The translations under genes and the position numbers were made by a program. A stretch of DNA of 64,000 nucleotides from contig JAANOX010000063.1 in the NCBI GenBank assembly GCA_020184695.1, forward strand, positions 1-64,000, written 5' to 3'. The notes under the pieces were generated by a model. It searched no databases. It was not told the origin of the DNA and saw only the letters and a list, made by a program, of their open reading frames with translations. Below are positions 44,181 to 54,290 of the stretch, piece by piece. Within the stretch, counting starts at the first letter, position 1; every line of letters starts with the position of its first letter. Source of the DNA: Histomonas meleagridis 2922-C6/04-290x (lineage: Eukaryota; Protista; Parabasalia).

Positions 44181-44776
44181 TATATATATATATTAGTGAT
44201 GGTTTATTCAATAATTACTTTCCACAAAATTTCAAAACAATATTTATTCAAATGATACTAATATAACTTTCTAATTTATATCCTTTTAGTGAGAATAAAT
44301 AGGAAATTGGTATTTCTTTTTTTCATAACACACATATGAAAACATGAAAAGATTATATAAGCAAAATAATTATAAAAATGCAATTCATTTTAAAGAATAT
44401 TAACGAAATTTAAATATTTACTTCATTCATCGCCATTTTCATAGATATATAAAATGTGAAATAATAATTACTTACAACACAATTTCCAATATTTCTAGAA
44501 CATTTTAATATTCCATCGATGTAATAGAAACTTAATAAAAATTTTTTTTTGATATTTTAAGTGTATATATTAGAAAAAAAATTATAAAATTTCTGAAGGA
44601 ACATCACCAAGAGCAGGAAATACTCTATAGTGTCCTCCGTTTATTAAATAAGTCGAAGACAGACAAACAAACATTTATTAACTCATTCATAACTTATTTG
44701 TTATGTTTTTTTGTTTTTGTTTATCAACTGGTTTTTGTGTTAAAATTTCCATTTCATTTTTATTAGAGCAATACGA

Positions 44777-46069
44777 ATGTTTACTCTTTTATTTTCTATT
44801 CTTATCGTTCCAACTTTAGAGATCAAATTCGATAATGCAACAAAAAAACACTTACAATAGAGAATGAAACTGATTTTAAAAATGCAAGACAATATGCAGA
44901 AAGAACATCAATTTTAATAATTGCTGATGGAATTACATCAATACCAAACGGAACATTTAAAGGATGGGAGAATCTAACTTCGGCTAAAATCGGGAATTCA
45001 GTAACTATAATTAATCGCGTAGCATTTTACGAGTGTTTCAATTTATCAAATGTTATTTTTGGTAAAAAAATTAATACAATTTCTTACGGCGCTTTTTTAA
45101 GGTGCATAAAATTAAAAGAAATTACATTTGGAGAAAGTCTCAAAAAAATTGAGATGAGGGCATTTGCTAATTGTTCATCACTTGAAAAAATTAAATTATC
45201 AAATTCAGTTTCTATAATAGAAAAACAAGCATTTTCAGAATGTACCAAATTAGTTAGTGTCAGTTTAGGAGAAAGTATAATTACAATTAATGTATCTACT
45301 TTTAATAAATGTTCTTCACTTGAAAAATTAAATTACCAAATTCAATAATCACAATTCAAGCACATGCATTTTTATGAATGCATAAAACTAAAAAGAAATT
45401 CTTTTTGGAGAAAAGTTATCTAAAATTGGCCAATATGCATTTGCTTATTGTAGTTCCCTTAAAAGCGTTGAAATTCCAAATTCAGTAACTTTGATTGACA
45501 AAGAAGCATTTGCTTTTTGTTATAATTTATCAAGACTTATTTTAGGAGAAAAGGTATCTTCAATCGGATTTGGGGCATTTTGGAATTGTTCTTCTCTTTC
45601 ATGCATTTATTTTTATGGCAACAAAGAACCTAATGTAAATGAAACTGCATTTGATGGATGTCCTGCAAAAACTGTAATGATTATCGGTTCTTATAATTCG
45701 ACGAAATTTGGTGACTTTAATTTATCAATTGGAACTACAATTGAAGGTTGCGGTGCATGGCCAACAAGTACATTTACACAATCCAATACATTTACAAAAC
45801 CAAATAGATTTACGACAACAAATTCAAATATACAATCAAACATACAGACAAGTTCATCTGCAACTCCAGTTACATCATCTACTCCAATCACATATACACA
45901 ATCAAACATACTATCTAGTTCAGCAGAATCAAAATCCAAATCAAATACCACGGCAATCGTAGTTGGTGTAACTGTCCCTGCTTTACTTGTTTTAATTGGT
46001 GTTTTAGTAACAATTTTCGTTATTAAACCCCGAAAGAAAAAAACTACAACTCTTCAGGAAAATTTATAA
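44777..46069 (+). pseudogene. BspA-like copy C with three homopolymer frameshifts
   Basis: Near-identical to copy A; +2 near 44845, -1 near 45328, +1 near 45392. Confidence 0.88.
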
Positions 46070-46255
46070 GTTTTACAGTAATATAGCTCTTAAAAATTAA
46101 AGAAAATCCAAAGTTCTTTAAAACATAACTAAAGGTTAAATTTAACAAAATCAACTTCTTATGTGTTTGACAAATAACATTTTTTAGTTATTCAATAAAG
46201 ATAATAATCAGAATATATATCTTGTAAAAGATTTGTAATCTTAAGTTCCCTTTCC

Positions 46256-46452
46256 GAATATACAGAACCATTTTCTAAAACAATATGAATTGAATGATTT
46301 GATGAAGAAATTATTTTTATTTGATTATTTATATTTAAATTTAATTCTAATCCATTGGTTTGTGCTTCTTCATTTAAAATCCCTTGTAATTCACCAAAAA
46401 GAATCATTTTTTGATTCAAATTCATTATAAATTTGGAGCAGACATGTGACAT
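46256..46452 (-). pseudogene. RCC1-like 5' fragment (copy C)
   Basis: Same junction as 26805-27001. Confidence 0.9.
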
Positions 46453-46463
46453 GAAAACGCCAA

Positions 46464-46718
46464 ATGGAGAAAATTCTTCTTTGTTGGCCACTTGATGAAT
46501 ATATTCATAAAAAGATAGTTATTGAAATGCAAGGAGGACGAGAAATTCGAGGTATTCTTAATGGTTATGATCAATTTGGGAATCTTGTTATAGGAGAATG
46601 TTTTGAAACGATTCCTTTAACTAAAACAGAAAATTTCAAACCTCGAAAACTTGGGACTGCAGTTGTTCGATTCCCTCATATTCTTGCAATTGATCAAGTT
46701 GAAGAAGAAGAAAAATAA
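46464..46718 (+). CDS. LSm/Sm-fold protein, duplicate (84 aa)
   Basis: Identical protein to 37008-37265 except one fewer Glu. Confidence 0.8.
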   Translation: MEKILLCWPLDEYIHKKIVIEMQGGREIRGILNGYDQFGNLVIGECFETIPLTKTENFKPRKLGTAVVRFPHILAIDQVEEEEK

Positions 46719-46749
46719 ATTTTTTTTTAAATAAATCTTTATATATTTT

Positions 46750-47241
46750 TTATTTTACAATATTAAAATGGAAATGTTCATTAATTGCTGAAACAAATTC
46801 TGTGCCATCAAATTCTATCTTTTGTGCTTGAATTTTTCCAACTTTTCGAAAAGTTTCGAGAAAATTTTCAACATTCGATATTTGTAATAATCCTTTTTGA
46901 TGACATTCTGTCGCTAATTCAAGCTGATGATTTTCCATCAATTCTTCATTCATTACAACTAAAAGTGCTTTATCAAGTTGAAGAACTTCTAAGATCGTAC
47001 CTGCTCCTGCATGTCCAATAATAAAATCTGATGTTTCTAAATATTTATGAAATTCTTCTGGACTTGCATATGAAAAATATTGGTCAAGATATTTAACTTC
47101 TTTTTCGTAACAACCGACTTGTGCAATAATTTTATCATAACCTAAAGACTTACTAATTTCAAGAAATTCTTTACTATCAATTTTTGAGATTAAAGCATCA
47201 AAATGTGTTGAACCAACGCAAACAAAAATTGTTTTCCCCAT
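46750..47241 (-). CDS. ALG13: ALG13 (copy 2)
   Basis: Identical protein to copy 1 except QIANVE to QISNVE. Confidence 0.88.
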   Translation of the reverse strand: MGKTIFVCVGSTHFDALISKIDSKEFLEISKSLGYDKIIAQVGCYEKEVKYLDQYFSYASPEEFHKYLETSDFIIGHAGAGTILEVLQLDKALLVVMNEELMENHQLELATECHQKGLLQISNVENFLETFRKVGKIQAQKIEFDGTEFVSAINEHFHFNIVK

Positions 47242-47594
47242 TTATGTAGAATTGTGAGGTGAAATAATACTAACGGTCATCATTGTATATCCCAATATTT
47301 TTATTTTTTTATGTTTATTAGACAAGTCTATTAAATTTATTAATTTCAAACAACTTCATATATATATTATGGAAATATTATACATCACATAGCTATTCAG
47401 AAATTTAGAGCTTTTCATTTTGGCTTTAACTTTTTAGATCAAAATAAATATTTTTATTTATTTTTTATAATAAATATATTTAATAATTAAAAAATTATTA
47501 GTATGTTCATTATCAACGAATAAAATAACTCACATCAATAATATTAAAGTTTATATGAATATAAGTAAGAGATTAATATGCTTTTATAAAGTAC

Positions 47595-48230
47595 ATTTAC
47601 GACAACAAATTCAAATACACAATCAAACATGCAGACAAGTTCATCTGCAACTCCAGTTACATCATCTACTCCAATCACATATACACAATCAAACATACTA
47701 TCTAGCTCAGCAGAATCAAAATCCAAATCAAATACCGCGGCAATCGTAGTTGGTGTAACTGTCCCTGCTTTACTTGTTTTAATTGGTGTTTTAGTAACAA
47801 TTTTCGTTATTAAATCCCGAAAGAAAAAAACTACAACTCTTCAGGAAAATTTATAAGTTTTACAGTAATATAGCTCTTAAAAATTAAAGAAAATTCAAAG
47901 TTCTTTAAAACATAACTAAAGGTTAAATTTAACAAAATCAACTTCTTATGTGTTTGACAAATAACATTTTTTAGTTATTCAATAAAGATAATAATCAGAA
48001 TATATATCTTGTAAAAGATTTGTAATCTTAAGTTCCCTTTCCGAATATACAGAACCATTTTCTAAAACAATATGAATTGAATGATTTGATGAAGAAATTA
48101 TTTTTATTTGATCATTTATATTTAAATTTAATTCCAATCCATTGGTTTGTGCTTCTTCATTTGAAATCCCTTGTAATTCACCAAAAAGAATAATTTTTTG
48201 ATTAAAAATTCATTAAAATGGAGAAAATTC
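47595..48230 (+). repeat. Copy D: BspA stalk/TM/3' flank plus RCC1 5' fragment (direct repeat of 45808-46476)
   Basis: Homology starts at ATTTACGACAAC and ends at GGAGAAAATTC; several substitutions and one internal deletion. Confidence 0.9.
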
Positions 48231-48458
48231 ATGCTTGCTATAATTTTTAAAAAAAACACGATCACCCCGAGCATAATGTACATTTCGCGATAAACGAATG
48301 TTTGATTTTCAAATAGAAATTTCCCCATTTTATCAAAAACCATTATGTTATAAAATTGATTTTTTTTAAATCATATCGTTCAAAGAGTTCCAAAATTGAA
48401 ACAGTTTTATTAAAACCGTTTGATTTTTTAGGGGGGGTTTAAAATGTTTTTCTTTTGA

Positions 48459-51400
48459 ATGAACAAGGGTGGCAATTCCTCAATTAAATTAATTGAAGAA
48501 AGGATAAATGAACAGTTGCCTCCAAATTCAGCCACACCTTTATTTGCGGATTGGCTCCATTCGTCATTATCTATTACAGAGCAATGTAATTTTTCGCCTG
48601 AACCAATTCGTTTTCCATTTCCAAGTCTCACAAAAGTTGGATTAATTGTTGCACTTACCCAACACCAGTCTCAATCGATTTCTCTTGGGATGAATTGGAT
48701 CAAATCAAATGGGAATTCTTCACAAGAAACAGTAGCTTCTCTTCGTTCTCTTTACCATGACTTAAGACCAGATGCTAAAATAAATGCAATAATTAATCCA
48801 ACTCTCACTGAAATTAATTCATCAATTGAAAGTTTTTCAATACCAAAATTTACCAAAAACGGACCAAAACTTAGGAGTATTTTTCATTATGTTTCCACTA
48901 ATCCTATTCAAACTTCACCCACTCATCTTCCTATATTTTCTAATGATAAAAAATCCATTTCATTCTTTCCTATTGAAACAATACTAACCTCAAGTTCCAG
49001 TTGTTGGATCCATATTATTGACTGCAACAAAGCAGGGTGTCTTCTTCCCACATATTCCAAATTCATAAAAGATTCATGTGATCTTGGTAACGAAATTGAT
49101 CTTTTTGCCTTCTTTTCATGCGGTCCTAATGAAAATCTTCCACGTTCACCAGGGCTTCCATATGCACTTTTTACGTCATGTATGACATCACCAGCACAGA
49201 CAGCCCTTCTAATTCATTCTAATCATTACTTCTGTTTTAAGGATGGACCTCTTCATCCTTTTTCTCCTGATTTCTTTAGCTCCGTTTCGCCCGACATTTT
49301 TGATGAAATTTTGAAGTCACTTCACCTCCTTATCGAAGCGATGGCGTTTGATGTGTTTCCGCGCGAACTTTTTGTGCGGACTTTTCGGACCGATCCAACG
49401 GTTTCTCAGTTAGTTTGTAATTTCTATTTATCATCTCGGTTAATGGGTTTTTTTGGAGTTACACCATTATCGTTTCCAATATTACCTGATTTAAGGAAAC
49501 ATCATTTATGGGATTCATTTGATCTTCGTTTAGATGCAGCAATGCTTCAAATTAATTCATCAAACTTACAACAAACATCATATGTTTCTTATTTGGATGA
49601 TTTTTTAAAGACACTTCAAAACCTAATGAATGCTACGACAAAAGATTTTCAGTTTCCTTGTTTATTAGCTTGTATATCCGAATGCTTAAAATATGATTCA
49701 TTAAAAGATAAAACATTTGAACTATTAGCGAAATATATTGATAAATCTCCTGATTCAATTCAACAAGTTTTATGTTTCCCAATTTTAGAATTATTATTTC
49801 AAATATTACTTACTAAATCGAACCTACAAAATAACAATTTATTATTTTGCATCATAAAAATCCTTTCTTTTACCAATATACCATTTCTAAATTATCACAT
49901 TTTAAATGAAATTTTGTTTCCGTTATTCAAAACAGAGAAACCGTTATTTCCGTTAATTATTTCCACTTTTTGCATATGCAAAATTGAGATAATCCGTCAG
50001 TTTCAACACAATTGGATTGAATTCATTAGGCCGTTATTTAAAAACAAATATTCGGATGTAAGACTTTGGTCTTTATTATTTGTTTATACACTTTCTAAAG
50101 GAGTACAAAACTTAAGCGAATTGTTGAATGATATTATTGACTTATTAAATGATGATTATCCAGAAGTTCGAATTACAGCTCTTTATACGATTTGTGAATT
50201 CATTGGTAAAGATGAAGATCAAAAAATATTAAAATCAATTTCATTATTAAAAGATGATCCAAACCCATCAGTTAGATTACAGTTAATATTAACTTTATCT
50301 AAGTTTAAAATGTGTAAAGAAATCGAACAACTTTATGAATTCTTGAAATTCGATCCTTATCCTCAAGTGCATAAACAATTAGCAATCGATAAATCGAAAA
50401 ACATTTCATATGTTTATGATTGGATGATATCAACGCTTTCAAACCCAATTTATGATATTGTTAAATCACCTGAAAAACGAATTATCGAAGTACAGCCAAT
50501 CGAATTTAATATTTCTTTAACAAATAATAATAATAATAATAAAAAACTAATGGCGTCATATTCAAAATTAATTAAAGGGCCAATAATTTCATGCGATTCA
50601 CAAATAACATCGAATTTCTCGAATTCTGGTGAAAATCAATTCATTTTCGGAACTAAAAACGGTGACATATCATATTGCGTTTGGGGTGCCCAGCAAAAAC
50701 CGTTTTCAAGGCGGTTGTCGGGTACCCCAATCACACACGTTCAATACATTACAAATTACGGTTTTCCGTTGGTTTTTGCTTCAAATACCGACGGTTATTT
50801 GTATGCTTTACAATTCAGCAACAGAGCTTTTAATCTGGCTAGCTGTTTTAAGGCTTGCTCAAGTCAGTTTAGTTTCGAATGCGATGAATGCCAAAGAAGA
50901 CTTTATACGAATTCAAATGGCTCAAATGTCTTAATTTATGACTTACAAAAAGAAAAGAAAATTGGAGAATTTAAGTCAAGTTATGGACAGATCAAGTATA
51001 TCCATGCGATTCCAAAAGTAAGAGACGTCATTGTTGTTTGTAGTGACATTCTTGAATTTTATGATACTCGAATTGGTTGTGATAGTATAATACAATTCGG
51101 AATACAAACACATGCATTCGATGTTGGTACTATCGATAGGTCTCCAACCGAATTCGCTTTGAGTTTTACTGATTGCTCAGTTGGACTATTTGATATTAGA
51201 TCAACAAACTCTCTAAGAAAATACCAACTAGCACAGACACCAACACAAGCTTTGTCTTTTGCGGTACATAGTTCTTCTGCATCAGTTGCAATCGGTCATG
51301 AAAATGGAATTTTTGCTGTCGATTTAAATAACGGAACAAAACAAGAAATAAAAAGCGTCACGCAATTGTTCACGATAAAAAGAATTAGGACAGTGACAAA

Positions 51401-51479
51401 TTGCTTGTTTCATCCAAATAGATTCATCTTGTCTTTTCCCCAAGAACACGAAATTATAACATTAATAGAAGACAACTAG
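48459..51479 (+). CDS. RPTOR: Raptor/KOG1-like protein (RNC domain, HEAT, WD40)
   Basis: FFSCGPNENLPRSPGLPYALFTSCMTSP, RTFRTDPTVSQLVCNFYLSSRLM, HHLWDSFDLRLD, DDYPEVRITALY and a C-terminal WD40 region. Confidence 0.85.
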   Translation: MNKGGNSSIKLIEERINEQLPPNSATPLFADWLHSSLSITEQCNFSPEPIRFPFPSLTKVGLIVALTQHQSQSISLGMNWIKSNGNSSQETVASLRSLYHDLRPDAKINAIINPTLTEINSSIESFSIPKFTKNGPKLRSIFHYVSTNPIQTSPTHLPIFSNDKKSISFFPIETILTSSSSCWIHIIDCNKAGCLLPTYSKFIKDSCDLGNEIDLFAFFSCGPNENLPRSPGLPYALFTSCMTSPAQTALLIHSNHYFCFKDGPLHPFSPDFFSSVSPDIFDEILKSLHLLIEAMAFDVFPRELFVRTFRTDPTVSQLVCNFYLSSRLMGFFGVTPLSFPILPDLRKHHLWDSFDLRLDAAMLQINSSNLQQTSYVSYLDDFLKTLQNLMNATTKDFQFPCLLACISECLKYDSLKDKTFELLAKYIDKSPDSIQQVLCFPILELLFQILLTKSNLQNNNLLFCIIKILSFTNIPFLNYHILNEILFPLFKTEKPLFPLIISTFCICKIEIIRQFQHNWIEFIRPLFKNKYSDVRLWSLLFVYTLSKGVQNLSELLNDIIDLLNDDYPEVRITALYTICEFIGKDEDQKILKSISLLKDDPNPSVRLQLILTLSKFKMCKEIEQLYEFLKFDPYPQVHKQLAIDKSKNISYVYDWMISTLSNPIYDIVKSPEKRIIEVQPIEFNISLTNNNNNNKKLMASYSKLIKGPIISCDSQITSNFSNSGENQFIFGTKNGDISYCVWGAQQKPFSRRLSGTPITHVQYITNYGFPLVFASNTDGYLYALQFSNRAFNLASCFKACSSQFSFECDECQRRLYTNSNGSNVLIYDLQKEKKIGEFKSSYGQIKYIHAIPKVRDVIVVCSDILEFYDTRIGCDSIIQFGIQTHAFDVGTIDRSPTEFALSFTDCSVGLFDIRSTNSLRKYQLAQTPTQALSFAVHSSSASVAIGHENGIFAVDLNNGTKQEIKSVTQLFTIKRIRTVTNCLFHPNRFILSFPQEHEIITLIEDN

Positions 51480-51758
51480 CGTTATATAGATTATTTGCAT
51501 AGAAATATTCATGAATAAATGTTTAAATTTTATAAAATTGTCTGATATTGTGATTTCGAATAAACGCATTTTGAATAATAAGATCAAATATTATTATTAT
51601 TTGACACCAATATAATAAATTGCGTTCAACTTTAAGTTCTTATTGTTTAAAATAATGGAAGAACTCCAAATAAAAAAACGGTTAACTTTTTTGCCATCTC
51701 ATATTTGGTGCACCCCAAAAATTAAACGGTTTATTACCAATTCCTTCTTTTGTTGTAA

Positions 51759-54038
51759 ATGGAAATCTACATTTCACACATACCACCAAGTTCAACTTTA
51801 AGCGAAATAAAAAATGAACTTTTAAGATATGGAGAAATTGAAAATATTAAAATATTTTATCATTATTATTTAGGCGAAAATCATACAGAACAACAATATT
51901 CATCAGGGTACGGGCTTGTTAAATTTTCTTCAAGGGGTAGTGGTATGGCGTGTCTCAGAGATGAAGATCCTATTATTTTAGATGGATATGTTCTTAAATT
52001 TGAAGCAGCACCAGATGAAATCAACGAAACAATATCAAAGTCTCTTTTTATTGCATTTCCAGGCCCAGGTGTTACACAAAATACCCTTAAACTTCTTTTT
52101 GGAAAGAAATTTGATTCAATCAAAATCTTCCACCCAGTGAAATACAACAAACCAGGAATGGCACTTGTTACTTTTGTAAACAAAGATGCAAAGGTTAGTG
52201 TAATGGAGCAATTTAAAAATTCTTCTGATTTTATTTGTCAATCTCCAACATATGACCTTGAAACGCTTGTTTTTACAGATGACGATACTGACGTATCTCA
52301 CCTTAGATACTTGCCAAGTAAATTTAAGTATGATCATCAAATTGAAAATAATTTTCTTGACTTTGAAATACAATTTCTTGACCACGTTATCAAAGTTAAT
52401 TCCTATTTAGCAGCAGAATTTTCTACCAAAATCCGGAACCAATTAATTAATTCTTCTCATAAAAATTCATATGTTTCTCCTCTTACAGAAAGCGGTCCTT
52501 TTGAGCTAATTGCCAAAGCTCTAAATGGTCACTCAATTCAGATCAATACAGGGAATGCAATCTTTTTATATCTTTGTGCAAGAGATCTTGAAATGGATCA
52601 ACTCAAAGAAGCTTGCCTTCAAGTAATCAATGACTTTACTGACATTGAAACAGTATTTTATTTTTGTAGAGAGCTATACAACCACAATCTCGACACATCA
52701 AAGCACGTTAACTTCATCATCCAAAAATTCAATGAGTGCATTGAATATCCAGCTTTCAAAACGATACCCATTGAAATTGTTCTTAAAGTTCTCAATTCAG
52801 AAGAATTGAAAAATTTACATTCCGAATTATCAAGTTGGTTTTTAGATTTCGTCAAAAAAGATGAAGATGCGCAGTCGAAGCTTAAACCTTTCCTTATAAA
52901 GTTTTCCGAAAAGCTTGATGCGAAAATGCTTCGCTCAATGATTTCAAAACCTTCATCAAATATTAACGATCTTAGATTAGCTCTTAAAAATGCATTTCTT
53001 CCAGCTCAAAACGAAAAAAAGGCTGATCATGGATTTCACGATTGCCCATATATCCCAACAAAGAGTAGTTATGGTATATTTTCTTATATTAAACAAGTAT
53101 TTGGAAAACCTGCATCAGATATTGTAAAAGTTACAGGGACAACAAATCTTCCGCTTATCCTTGACCCACAGTCAAGCGAGTCTGAATATTATGCTTCGCC
53201 TCCGATGGAAAATATGTGGATTCAATTCAATCTTGAAAAGCACCCATTCACACTTCGCTCTTATACACTTCAAACAGTATTTCATGATGATGCTCCTCAC
53301 ATTCGTCAATGGTGTATCCAAGGCTCAGATGATGAAGTTAATTGGGTTGATCTTCATCGTGTCGAAAAAACAGACGCTTTACATGGGTGTGGCAAATCTA
53401 ATACCTGGCATGTTGACAACAATACAGAATACAAATATATTCGACTTGTTCAAACAGGTCCTAATTGGCATAATACATATTCTCTTGTTTTACAAACCAT
53501 CGAATTTTATGGAAACACACGCTTAAAAGATAAGGATACCACTGTATATCAGCAGGGAAGAGAATGGTGTGGTTTGTTTAATCTTTTGTATAAGAAATTT
53601 TCTACTAATCCTGCTCTTAATAACCAAGTTCAACTAACAACTGCAGCAGACCCATCAAATCTCCTTAACCCTGAATGGAGTAAGAGCTTTTCAGTGTGGG
53701 GTTCTTCCTACAGCTCTTCGATGCCATGGGTGATGCTTGACTTTAACCAAATGGAAGTTTTTGTAACGACCTACAAACTGAAAACCGCCCAAGGTCCGGG
53801 GTACCCCGTCAGCTGGGACCTTGAGGGGTCCACCGATGGGATAACGTGGACGGTTATAGATTCAAGGACTAACCGCTCAGAAATGGGGCACCCCTTTACG
53901 GAGTATTTATTCTCTGTTAGAAAGCAATCATCACAACCTTTTACACAACTGAGAATTAAGATGACAGAGCCTAATAGTTCTGATTTAAATACTTTTATGT
54001 TGTCGGGAATTGAAATTTATGGTAAAATAAGGATTTGA
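51759..54038 (+). CDS. RRM-RRM-BTB/POZ-(F5/8 type C)x2 protein
   Basis: IYISHIP..GYGLVKF (RRM1), LFIAFP..GMALVTF (RRM2), DFEIQF..KVNSYLAAEFSTKI (BTB), two WIQF/WVMLDF..Y.L...W...GS.DG..W..(L/I).. discoidin-like repeats. Confidence 0.75.
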   Translation: MEIYISHIPPSSTLSEIKNELLRYGEIENIKIFYHYYLGENHTEQQYSSGYGLVKFSSRGSGMACLRDEDPIILDGYVLKFEAAPDEINETISKSLFIAFPGPGVTQNTLKLLFGKKFDSIKIFHPVKYNKPGMALVTFVNKDAKVSVMEQFKNSSDFICQSPTYDLETLVFTDDDTDVSHLRYLPSKFKYDHQIENNFLDFEIQFLDHVIKVNSYLAAEFSTKIRNQLINSSHKNSYVSPLTESGPFELIAKALNGHSIQINTGNAIFLYLCARDLEMDQLKEACLQVINDFTDIETVFYFCRELYNHNLDTSKHVNFIIQKFNECIEYPAFKTIPIEIVLKVLNSEELKNLHSELSSWFLDFVKKDEDAQSKLKPFLIKFSEKLDAKMLRSMISKPSSNINDLRLALKNAFLPAQNEKKADHGFHDCPYIPTKSSYGIFSYIKQVFGKPASDIVKVTGTTNLPLILDPQSSESEYYASPPMENMWIQFNLEKHPFTLRSYTLQTVFHDDAPHIRQWCIQGSDDEVNWVDLHRVEKTDALHGCGKSNTWHVDNNTEYKYIRLVQTGPNWHNTYSLVLQTIEFYGNTRLKDKDTTVYQQGREWCGLFNLLYKKFSTNPALNNQVQLTTAADPSNLLNPEWSKSFSVWGSSYSSSMPWVMLDFNQMEVFVTTYKLKTAQGPGYPVSWDLEGSTDGITWTVIDSRTNRSEMGHPFTEYLFSVRKQSSQPFTQLRIKMTEPNSSDLNTFMLSGIEIYGKIRI

Positions 54039-54290
54039 CTTTCCTCAATTACACAAGTTTAAATAATAAAAGATTTTTATTAGGGATTAAGTTGTGTCTT
54101 TTAATAGAAATGTGTTATTTCTGTGTTTTTGTTTTGATAATTAAAAAAATTAATTTAATGATTTTACAATCTTTTGTTATTATGAAATTAAGTAATGAGA
54201 ATACATTTGGTTTTTCCTTATCTTTAATATTTTGCCTAAACAAACTTTGCTGCAGCATGAGGTCCTCATTAAACTAAGTGAAATCTTCAA

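Larger units (their letters stand above)
44500..47282. repeat. Inverted segmental duplication of 25969-28682 (ALG13-LSm-RCC1 fragment-BspA plus 5' flank)
   Basis: Near-identical reverse complement; ends at 25969/47282 and 28682/44500; 66-bp stalk indel. Confidence 0.95.
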
